64,000 nt of DNA from an uncultured Myxococcales bacterium. GTDB taxonomy: Bacteria > Myxococcota_A > Polyangia > Fen-1088. The notes beneath the pieces are model-generated. The model ran no database searches. It was not told where the DNA came from and saw nothing but the letters and a program-made list of their open reading frames with translations. How positions within the stretch are numbered: the first letter of the stretch is position 1; every line of letters starts with the position of its first letter. The position numbers were made by a program, and so were the translations under genes. The stretch is from positions 1,061-65,060 of the forward strand of contig CALAOV010000136.1 of assembly GCA_937889515.1 (NCBI GenBank), read 5' to 3'. Shown piece after piece: positions 36,650 through 44,754 of this stretch.

Positions 36650-38194
36650 ATGCGATTCCGTTGCGCGTTCGTCGTACCCGTCGCGCTGCTTCTCGTTTCT
36701 GGAGCAGCGCGCGCCGACGACGCTGCGTCCCCCGCGCCCGTCGAGGCAATTACTCCCCCCGCGCCGACCGATTCCTTGCCGGGATCGCCGACCCCTCCCG
36801 GTCTGGGATTATCGCCGGAGGCGCCGCCGGTGCCGCCGGCGCCGGGCGGGAGGGCTCCTTCATTCGGTGCGCCGACGGACGTCCGATCCTCGTCGTTTCG
36901 GATCGGGGGCCGGATCTACGGGTGGGAAGCGGTCGGGGTTGGAGAGAAACCAGGCAATCCGCCGCCGGGCTATTCCGGAACCCCCCTGCACGTCCCGATG
37001 CTCTCGGCGGGCAAGATTCCATTTTGGGGTGGGGCGGGCGGCAGCCTGAATATGCAATACGGCACGCCGGTCGTGACCGCCTTCGTCAGCTACTACTACC
37101 GCGTCAACAGCGAGTCGTTCCAGGGCTACACGAACCCGGGATCGGGGCCGGCCTTCGGCACGGCTTACCTGCTGTTGACGCCGGCGCCGATCAAGACCCT
37201 GCGACTGCAGTTCCGCATCGGCGCGCTCACGGAAGTGTATGCGGGACCTGGCCAGTGGGGGTGGGGCATCTTCGGGCCCATGCTGGCGCTCCGCGGCTAC
37301 GGCGAGACGACCACCGGCGAATGGGACCTGACGCGGGACGCGCGGGTCAGCTTCGTGCAGGGGCTGCTGGTCGTTCCCGGGGTGCCCGAGGACTTCGCGC
37401 GCGGCAACTACAACTCCTATATCGAGACGGGCGTCTCGAACTACGTGAACCACGCCCACCTTGGAATCGTTCTCAAGAATCAGTACACCTTCAAGCTGCA
37501 CTACGCGTCGGACCACGGAACGGACGACCGCAAGTACCTGCTGACCTTCCTGCGCACCCCGCCGCAAGACGGGCGGATGGACACCTATATCGCCGAGGCG
37601 CGCTGGCAGAGCTACCCCTGGGGACAGGTCGGGGTGAGCGGCGGTCTTTACGACTTCGTGCACGCCGCATCGGTCAGCGACGGCGTCTGGTGGGGCGTCG
37701 ACTTCACGCAAGGCGCCAAGGACATGATCAACAAGTTCCTGGGGCCGCAGAGCCTGGGAAACGGCAAGGTCGCCGTGGCCGGGGCGGAGTACAACTTCAG
37801 TCTCTCCAGCATTCTGTGGGCGCCGCGCACCTTCACGGGTCAGTCGGCAGACCTGCGGGTCGCCATCGCGGCGATGATCACGCGGACGGTCGCGACCGAC
37901 GACCCGAATTACAAGAACATGAACGGGTACTACTGCGGGCTCGAGACCGAGTACCGCATGTCGTCGCTGTTCAGCCTGACCTTCCAGGCCTACGGCGAGG
38001 ACCGCTACACCAACATCGGCACCTACAGCGTCTACAGCCTCAACCCGGGCGTCGCGTTCCACACCGATTGGCTCAGCACCGATCGCATTCAACTGATCTA
38101 CGGCCGGCGATTTTACAGCCAGGCCGCGGACCCCAACACGGCCCAGCCGCTCGACCGTAACATGATCGCGCTCGGCGGCTACCTCACCTTCTAA
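36650..38194 (+). CDS. Secreted protein, candidate outer-membrane beta-barrel, paralog 1
   Basis: It has the signal peptide MRFRCAFVVPVALLLVSGAARA and amphipathic beta-strand periodicity. The C-terminal residue is Phe (ALGGYLTF). Confidence 0.5.
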   Translation: MRFRCAFVVPVALLLVSGAARADDAASPAPVEAITPPAPTDSLPGSPTPPGLGLSPEAPPVPPAPGGRAPSFGAPTDVRSSSFRIGGRIYGWEAVGVGEKPGNPPPGYSGTPLHVPMLSAGKIPFWGGAGGSLNMQYGTPVVTAFVSYYYRVNSESFQGYTNPGSGPAFGTAYLLLTPAPIKTLRLQFRIGALTEVYAGPGQWGWGIFGPMLALRGYGETTTGEWDLTRDARVSFVQGLLVVPGVPEDFARGNYNSYIETGVSNYVNHAHLGIVLKNQYTFKLHYASDHGTDDRKYLLTFLRTPPQDGRMDTYIAEARWQSYPWGQVGVSGGLYDFVHAASVSDGVWWGVDFTQGAKDMINKFLGPQSLGNGKVAVAGAEYNFSLSSILWAPRTFTGQSADLRVAIAAMITRTVATDDPNYKNMNGYYCGLETEYRMSSLFSLTFQAYGEDRYTNIGTYSVYSLNPGVAFHTDWLSTDRIQLIYGRRFYSQAADPNTAQPLDRNMIALGGYLTF

Positions 38195-39750
38195 TGATGA
38201 TGAACCCGAACCGAAAGCACTCGACGATGCACACCGTCCTTTCGGCAACCCGGCGTTCGGGAATCATCTTCCTGGCCGTGCTCGCCGCCCCCGCGATGGC
38301 GTCGGCCGCCGTCGGCGGCGCGGACGACGGGGTTCCCAGGCTCGGCCTCGACCCCGGCGAGCCCCAGTCCCCCAGCCCGCCCCCGGCGGTCCCGTTCGGC
38401 GTCCACCCGGCCGAGTCGAAGGAGTACGTCCTCGATTTCCACGGGTACCTGCTGCTGCCCGCCTACCTTGGCCTGCACGAACGCGTGGACCCGCAGCCCG
38501 GACAGAGCAGCGAGGTCCTCCACTCGCCGCCGCTCGTTCCCCAGAACCTCCGGGACTTCCAGTACACGGGCGTCGTGCCGAGCCCCTGGCTGCAGCTCAA
38601 CTTCATCTACGGCAACTCGACGGTATCGGCCACGGTCATCGTGGCCGGCACCAGCGCCATAGACGCGGCGGGATACTACGACCCGGTCGCCCAGATGGGC
38701 GTGAACGACGCCTACCTGACGGTGAACGTCACCAAGTGGCTCGGCATCCCCCTCCAAGTAAACGTCGGCGCCCTGACGGGTCGATATGGCGCGATGGGCG
38801 GCTACGACGCCGGGCGCTACGGCACGCCGCTCATCGCCCGGACGAACACCGTCGGTGAGACGATCACGGGGAGCCTCAAGCTGGGCGGCGATCTCTTCCT
38901 CATGTTCGAGCAGGGGCTCGGTGGCCAGCTGGGGCGTCCCCCGATCGGCCTGGTGCCGGCGGGCTGGAACGACTTCGCGAACGCCAACGTGGGCGCGACC
39001 TTCGTCAACCACGCGCACGTCGGCCTCGCCTATGCGCAGCTCCTCCGTTTGGGCTTCCACTACCTGACCGCCTGGACGCAGGACGACCTCGCCGATGGTG
39101 GTGGAGGTCAGATACCCGACGGGCGGATCACGGTGCTGGGCGCCGACGTCAACCTGACCGCGGGACGCGCGGGTCATCTCTACTTCGGGGCGACCCACAC
39201 CTGGGCGACCAACGCGTCCACCGTGTCGGGTGCGATCGAGATCCTGAACGCGCGCGGCGGGCCGGAGCTGGTCGCGAATTACCTCGGTGCGCAGAGCAAC
39301 GGCAACGGCTCTCTGACCATCTTCGGCGGCCAGTACGATCTCAGCCTCGCGAGGCTGGTTTTCGGGCAATGGTACACGGGCAACAGCCCGGATGTCCTCA
39401 TCAGCTTGTTTGGCGTCGGGGCGAAGGTGAGCAGTCAGGACCCGGCACAAAACGGTGTGCTCAAGCTGAAGGGCGGCGTCGAGGCCACCTACACCTTCCA
39501 GTCCTGGATGGGTGTGTCGGAGCGGTTCGATCATGTTCGCGAAGACAACAGCGACTCGAAACAGGCCTTCACCAGTCTTTCGTCACGCCTCCTGTTCCAC
39601 ACCGGCTGGAGGAGCCGCAACGAGATCGCGCTCCAGTATGTCTACTTCGTCTACGGCAGCAGCGTGGAGGCCCTGACGGGGTATCCTCCGACCACGGAAG
39701 TGAACCCGGATCGTCAGGTCTTTTCCTTGACCGGGACCATCTGGTGGTAG
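38194..39750 (+). CDS. Secreted protein, candidate outer-membrane beta-barrel, paralog 2 (same length as paralog 1)
   Basis: It has a signal peptide. It shares the NHAHLG/NHAHVG block with paralog 1, and the C-terminal residue is Trp. The start overlaps the upstream stop (TAATG). Confidence 0.5.
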   Translation: MMMNPNRKHSTMHTVLSATRRSGIIFLAVLAAPAMASAAVGGADDGVPRLGLDPGEPQSPSPPPAVPFGVHPAESKEYVLDFHGYLLLPAYLGLHERVDPQPGQSSEVLHSPPLVPQNLRDFQYTGVVPSPWLQLNFIYGNSTVSATVIVAGTSAIDAAGYYDPVAQMGVNDAYLTVNVTKWLGIPLQVNVGALTGRYGAMGGYDAGRYGTPLIARTNTVGETITGSLKLGGDLFLMFEQGLGGQLGRPPIGLVPAGWNDFANANVGATFVNHAHVGLAYAQLLRLGFHYLTAWTQDDLADGGGGQIPDGRITVLGADVNLTAGRAGHLYFGATHTWATNASTVSGAIEILNARGGPELVANYLGAQSNGNGSLTIFGGQYDLSLARLVFGQWYTGNSPDVLISLFGVGAKVSSQDPAQNGVLKLKGGVEATYTFQSWMGVSERFDHVREDNSDSKQAFTSLSSRLLFHTGWRSRNEIALQYVYFVYGSSVEALTGYPPTTEVNPDRQVFSLTGTIWW

Positions 39751-39757
39751 GCGACAG

Positions 39758-40669
39758 ATGAGCTTCAGGCGGACATCGGAGGTGTTTCTCTTCGCTCTCG
39801 GGGGCGCGTTCGGATGCAACGCCTATCCGACGCTGAGGCCCGTCCCGGTCGACTGCACCGCCGACGCCGCGTACGACATCCAGTACATCTATACCTTCGA
39901 CACGGTTGCTTCGACCAACTTCTATGGCTCCGGCGACCACCTCGACGCCGACGTCTCTACGGCGCCGGTGATTCAACCCCTCACCGACGGTCCTCGCTGC
40001 GGCAGCACGAATGCGCTCCTGCTCCACACGGACCACAACGACGATTGGGGATCGCTGTTCGGGATCTACTCCTTCGGACCGAGGCCCGAATCCGCCTACC
40101 AGGGGCTGTCGTTCTGGGCGCGCTCTCCGGGCAACACCAGCAAGGCCTTCACGGTCTTGCTCGACGACACGAACACGGAGAACCTGGCGCAGCCCGCGAT
40201 GTGCAGCCTCGACGCCGGCACGCCCCCGAGCCCGGTAGATGGCGGCTCGGCCGTCTGCAAGAACTACTGTATGCCCGACGGGGGAACCGGCGGGGCGTCG
40301 TACGCCATCAATACGTTGACCGGCCAGCCCATCGGAGGCGTGACCACCAATGCGCCTCCGCCCGACGCGTGCGGAAACAGCTACTACGTCGTGGCACAGG
40401 TAACGTCCGGTTGGCAGTTTTACACCTTTCCGTTCACGGCGTTCCGACAGCTCGCGGAGCCGAATCGGGTGCCCAATGCCAATTTTCCCGACACGGAGTC
40501 GACGCCCGGAACCCACCTCCTGACCTCCGCTTTGATGGGCCTCACCTTCCGCATGCCGCCGGAGGCGGACATGAACCTCTGGCTCAGCCATCTGGGCTTC
40601 TACCGCCCCAAGGTGGGTGGGGGTGGCGATGGGGCCGTCGATGCGCCAAAGGATGTGACAGGGCAGTGA
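39758..40669 (+). CDS. Hypothetical lipoprotein
   Basis: The lipobox is LGGAFGC. It sits in the GH74 operon. Confidence 0.45.
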   Translation: MSFRRTSEVFLFALGGAFGCNAYPTLRPVPVDCTADAAYDIQYIYTFDTVASTNFYGSGDHLDADVSTAPVIQPLTDGPRCGSTNALLLHTDHNDDWGSLFGIYSFGPRPESAYQGLSFWARSPGNTSKAFTVLLDDTNTENLAQPAMCSLDAGTPPSPVDGGSAVCKNYCMPDGGTGGASYAINTLTGQPIGGVTTNAPPPDACGNSYYVVAQVTSGWQFYTFPFTAFRQLAEPNRVPNANFPDTESTPGTHLLTSALMGLTFRMPPEADMNLWLSHLGFYRPKVGGGGDGAVDAPKDVTGQ

Positions 40670-40742
40670 GCGCAATTTATACGCAAACGAATCGCGTTAC
40701 GCCTCGAGGGCGTCGAGGGTGACAGTGGGGCTGAACTAGAAA

Positions 40743-41666
40743 ATGAAGGGAGCAATTTTCATGAGCACGAATCTTCGAGTTGAAAATCTACTGGGAATTC
40801 TTTTCGTCGGCTGCGGGCTTCTCGCCTGCACGACTCAGGCGGCCCCAACCGGAACCGGCGGCAGCGGAGCCGGGACCAGCGGCAGCGGAACCGGCGGTGG
40901 TGGCGGCGGGACCACGGGCACCGCCGGCGCCGGCGGTGGTGCATACGCGGCGAGTGATGGCGTGCTGTGCCTCCCGCCCGCGGCGACCGGTCTCATAACC
41001 AACTTCACCTACGCGCCGGCGGACGGCGCCACCCCCGTGACGGATCAGGTGGCCTTCGGAGACAATACGACGACGTTGTCGGGCGGTGAGTTCGTCTATC
41101 CCAACGCGTCTTCGACCAGCGCGTACAAGCTCGTCTCCGACGTGACCGGCAGCAACTGGCATATCACCGCACCGGCCATGGTCGGCGACTACTCGGGGTT
41201 CGGGTTTTTCTTCCAGTCGGGCTCCGCCGGCTGCAACCATATCAATGCGACGGGCTTCAAGGGGATCTCGTTCACCATCTCCGGCACGGTGCAGGGTGGC
41301 TCGCTCACATTCGAGGTCGATACCTTGAACGACACCATCAAACCGGCATGGCTCACGGCCCACGCCGGCACTCCGGGAGCCACCGACCCCGGCGCTTGCG
41401 ATCCCGGTGGCACGGCCGCGACCACTCAGTACACGCAGACTGTTTGCGTGGAGCCCACCACGGCCATCACGGTCGGCTCGACTCCGACCACGGTGAACGT
41501 GTTGTGGAGCCAATTCACGAACGGCAAGACGGACCCGAGCCCGGTACCGACCGATATCGTCGGCATCCGTTGGGTGCTTCCTGTGCCGGCGCAAATCGGT
41601 ACGGCCACCGTCGTGACGTATCCGCTCGACATCACGGTCGACAACATCACGTTCATTCCCAATTGA
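40743..41666 (+). CDS. Hypothetical lipoprotein with Gly-rich linker, possibly carbohydrate-binding
   Basis: The lipobox is LFVGCGLLAC. A Gly/Thr/Ser linker is followed by a beta-sandwich-like domain. Confidence 0.45.
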   Translation: MKGAIFMSTNLRVENLLGILFVGCGLLACTTQAAPTGTGGSGAGTSGSGTGGGGGGTTGTAGAGGGAYAASDGVLCLPPAATGLITNFTYAPADGATPVTDQVAFGDNTTTLSGGEFVYPNASSTSAYKLVSDVTGSNWHITAPAMVGDYSGFGFFFQSGSAGCNHINATGFKGISFTISGTVQGGSLTFEVDTLNDTIKPAWLTAHAGTPGATDPGACDPGGTAATTQYTQTVCVEPTTAITVGSTPTTVNVLWSQFTNGKTDPSPVPTDIVGIRWVLPVPAQIGTATVVTYPLDITVDNITFIPN

Positions 41667-41671
41667 CGCCG

Positions 41672-42382
41672 ATGTCGCGTGGGTTGACCGCAACCGCATG
41701 GCTCGCCGTCCTCGCTCTGGGGACGGCGGGCTGTCTCTGCCCTTGCCCCAATGGGGTCATGGCGGCCGCGCCGGCGACCGCCGGGGGGGCGATTCCGGGC
41801 GCCGCCGCGATGCCCGCCGCCGGCGGCAGGCCGGTCGCGACGGGCGGCCGGCTCGTGATCTGGGACGGAGACGGAGCGGGAAACGGAGCACAGGGGTGGG
41901 ACGCTTGCGACCCGAAGGCCGGCTGCAGCAAGGTCGGGATCGATTCGGGTAGCGGCACCAGCGGCAGCACCAGCATCAAGATGCACGGCGACGGGCCGGG
42001 GTATCTCGGGATGGGCTGGAACCTGTTCGGGTGGTACCCGGAAAACGCCGGGGTCGACCTGGGGCCGTATACCCATCTGACGTTCCAGATCCGCGTTGAG
42101 GCGAAATCGCCCGCCGACGCGCCGGACCCTGGCTCCGTCGGCGTGTTGCTGGGATGCAGCCGGAACAAGAACGACAGCGCGACCGTCACCGTCGAAAGGT
42201 ACGCGAAGGGATTCACGGACGGGAAATGGCACAAGGTCGAGATCCCGATCGCGATGTTCACCAAGGGAGCGGGCTCCAAGTTCGACCTGCAGTCGTTCTG
42301 GGAGTTTAGGATTGCCACCTGGAGCGCCGCGGCCCGCCACTTCAACATCTACATCGACGACATCGCCGCCGAAAAGCAGTGA
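41672..42382 (+). CDS. Lipoprotein with CBM-like domain
   Basis: The lipobox is LGTAGC. The domain reads IWDGDGAGNGAQGWDAC...FWEFRIATW. Its stop overlaps the GH74 start. Confidence 0.45.
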   Translation: MSRGLTATAWLAVLALGTAGCLCPCPNGVMAAAPATAGGAIPGAAAMPAAGGRPVATGGRLVIWDGDGAGNGAQGWDACDPKAGCSKVGIDSGSGTSGSTSIKMHGDGPGYLGMGWNLFGWYPENAGVDLGPYTHLTFQIRVEAKSPADAPDPGSVGVLLGCSRNKNDSATVTVERYAKGFTDGKWHKVEIPIAMFTKGAGSKFDLQSFWEFRIATWSAAARHFNIYIDDIAAEKQ

Positions 42383-44733
42383 CAGTGGTGGGCCGCCACG
42401 GTCACCCGCGTCCTATCTTCTCCGCGGTCTGGGTGGCGGTCGCCGCGTGGCTGGGCATTTGCGTGGCGTGCGTCGATACCGGGCGCTCCGCTCCGGCGGA
42501 CGCCTCCGCCGGGCCGGGCCCCGTGCAGCCCGTCACCTGTGCGCCGGCACCGCCCGTCGCGTACTCCGGCAATGCCGTCATCCCCTCGGGCGATACGGCG
42601 ATGGCCGGCCCCTACGCGTGGAAGAACGCCGTCATCAAAGGTGGGGGCTTCGTCAGCGGCATCATCACGAGCCCAGCGCTCAAGGGACTCGTCTTCGCGC
42701 GGACGGACGTCGGAGGCGCCTACCGTTTCGACCCCGCCAACCAGCGCTGGACGCCGCTCACCGATTGGGTCGGGCATAGCACTCCGGGGCTCGTCGGGAT
42801 CGAGAGCATTGCGGTGGACCCGGTCGATCCCAACAAGGTCTATGTCGCGGCGGGGCAGTACCTCGGCTCCGGCAACGGCACGATCCTGAGCTCGACCGAC
42901 ATGGGACGCACCTGGAACCAGAACAACATTTCCGCGCCCATGGGCGGCAACGCGGACGGGCGCTCGATGGGTGAGCGGCTGGCGGTCGATCCCAACCTGC
43001 CCAGCACGTTGTACTTCGGCTCGCGCAACGCGGGCCTGTGGAAGAGCACGGACTCCGCGCAGACCTGGACGCAACTTGCGGGTTCCCCATCTGTCGACGG
43101 CGTAGGTGCCGGCAACAGCCCAGGGACGGGGTACGGGTTGACGTTCGTGGTGTTCGATCCGCAGAGCGGCTCGCCGGGAAGCGCTACCCCGGCGATCTAC
43201 GTCGGCGTCGGCACGACCACTGGGCCTAGCCTCTATCGTTCCACCGACGCCGGCGCGACCTGGGCCGCGGTCGTGGGGACGCCCGCCGGCATGATGCCGC
43301 ACCATGCGGTCCTGGATGGCTGCGGCGACCTCTACCTCACGTACAACAACGGCTCTGGTCCCAACAGCGTGACCGCCGGCGCCGTCTGGCGATACACGCC
43401 GCCGATCGGGCTCTGGACCAACGTGAGCCCTCCCGGCGGTGGCTTCGGTTTCGGCGGAATTTCAGCCGACGCCGCTCATCCGGGAACGCTGCTCGTCACG
43501 ACGATCGACGACTGGTCGCCCGGCGCGGTCTACCGGACCATCGACGGCGGCGCGAGCTGGACGCCACTTCCCGGCGCGTCGCACGGGAATGTGGCGGGCG
43601 CGCAATGGCTCTACTGGCACACCAGCAACCTGCCCGCGATGGGCTGGATGGGCGACATCGAAATCGACCCCTTCGATTCAAACCATGCCCTCTTCATCAC
43701 GGGCCAAGGCCTCTGGTCGAGCGACGACGTCACGACGGCCGACAGCGGCGGCGCGACCAGCTGGACCTTCGCCGACGACGGTCTCGAGGAGACGGTCGTG
43801 CTCGACCTCGCCAGCCCTCCGGCTATCGCTCCGGCCGTCGTCGCCCCCCTGCTGAGCGGGGTCGGCGACATCGGCGGGTTCCGGCACGACGACCTCACCG
43901 TCTCGCCCACGAGCGGCATGTCCGCCAATCCGATCTTTGGCAACACGAGCAGCCTCGACTTCGCCGAGAGCGCGCCGCTCGTCGTCGCGCGCGTGGGCAC
44001 GGCTTCGTCGTCCCCCAAGCAAACCGGCGCCTATTCCACGGACGGAGGCACGAGCTGGACGGCCTTCGCCAACCTTCCGACGGCAACCGGAAGCACCACG
44101 CCGAACTCGGGATCGATCGCGGTCGCGGCCGATGGCAGCACCTTCGTCTGGGTTCCGAAGAGCGGCACGCCCTCTTACACGACGGACAAAGGCACGACCT
44201 GGACGGCGTCGACGGGCCTCACGTCGGGCGCGCTGGTGGCCTCCGACCGGGTCAATCCTTCCAAGTTCTACGCGAGCGGCCGGGGCACGATGCTCGTGAA
44301 CACCGACGGCGGCCAGACGTTCAAGGCGACCACGGCCACCTCGTCCGGGCGGCCGCGCCCCGTGTTTGGCATCGAGGGGGACGTTTGGGCGTCCACAAGC
44401 AGCGGCCTGATGCGCTCGCAGGACTCGGGCGCGACCTGGCAGCCGGTGGCCGGGGCGACCGGCGCCAGCGCGGTGGGCTTCGGGATTCCGGCGACGCCAG
44501 GAGCCTACCCGGCCGTATTCCTGGCGGGCTCCGTGATGCTCCCCGGCTCCGCCACCGCTGTCTGGGGCATTTACCGCTCCGACGACGCCGCGATGAATTG
44601 GCAACGAATCGACGATCCGCAGCACCAGTTCGGGAGCATCGGCGTCCTGGCCGGCGACCGCAACCAGTACGGCCGGGTCTATCTCGGCACCGGCGGGCGG
44701 GGAATCGTCTATGGCGATCCGCAACCGCAATAG
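42379..44733 (+). CDS. GH74-family (xyloglucanase-type) BNR/Asp-box twin-propeller lipoprotein
   Basis: The N-terminal block WKNAVIKGGGFVSGIITSP...VFARTDVGGAYRFD is GH74-like. There are multiple SxDxGxTW repeats. It is 784 aa. Confidence 0.75.
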   Translation: MTVVGRHGHPRPIFSAVWVAVAAWLGICVACVDTGRSAPADASAGPGPVQPVTCAPAPPVAYSGNAVIPSGDTAMAGPYAWKNAVIKGGGFVSGIITSPALKGLVFARTDVGGAYRFDPANQRWTPLTDWVGHSTPGLVGIESIAVDPVDPNKVYVAAGQYLGSGNGTILSSTDMGRTWNQNNISAPMGGNADGRSMGERLAVDPNLPSTLYFGSRNAGLWKSTDSAQTWTQLAGSPSVDGVGAGNSPGTGYGLTFVVFDPQSGSPGSATPAIYVGVGTTTGPSLYRSTDAGATWAAVVGTPAGMMPHHAVLDGCGDLYLTYNNGSGPNSVTAGAVWRYTPPIGLWTNVSPPGGGFGFGGISADAAHPGTLLVTTIDDWSPGAVYRTIDGGASWTPLPGASHGNVAGAQWLYWHTSNLPAMGWMGDIEIDPFDSNHALFITGQGLWSSDDVTTADSGGATSWTFADDGLEETVVLDLASPPAIAPAVVAPLLSGVGDIGGFRHDDLTVSPTSGMSANPIFGNTSSLDFAESAPLVVARVGTASSSPKQTGAYSTDGGTSWTAFANLPTATGSTTPNSGSIAVAADGSTFVWVPKSGTPSYTTDKGTTWTASTGLTSGALVASDRVNPSKFYASGRGTMLVNTDGGQTFKATTATSSGRPRPVFGIEGDVWASTSSGLMRSQDSGATWQPVAGATGASAVGFGIPATPGAYPAVFLAGSVMLPGSATAVWGIYRSDDAAMNWQRIDDPQHQFGSIGVLAGDRNQYGRVYLGTGGRGIVYGDPQPQ

Positions 44734-44754
44734 CGGCACAACCAAAGGGCAAAA

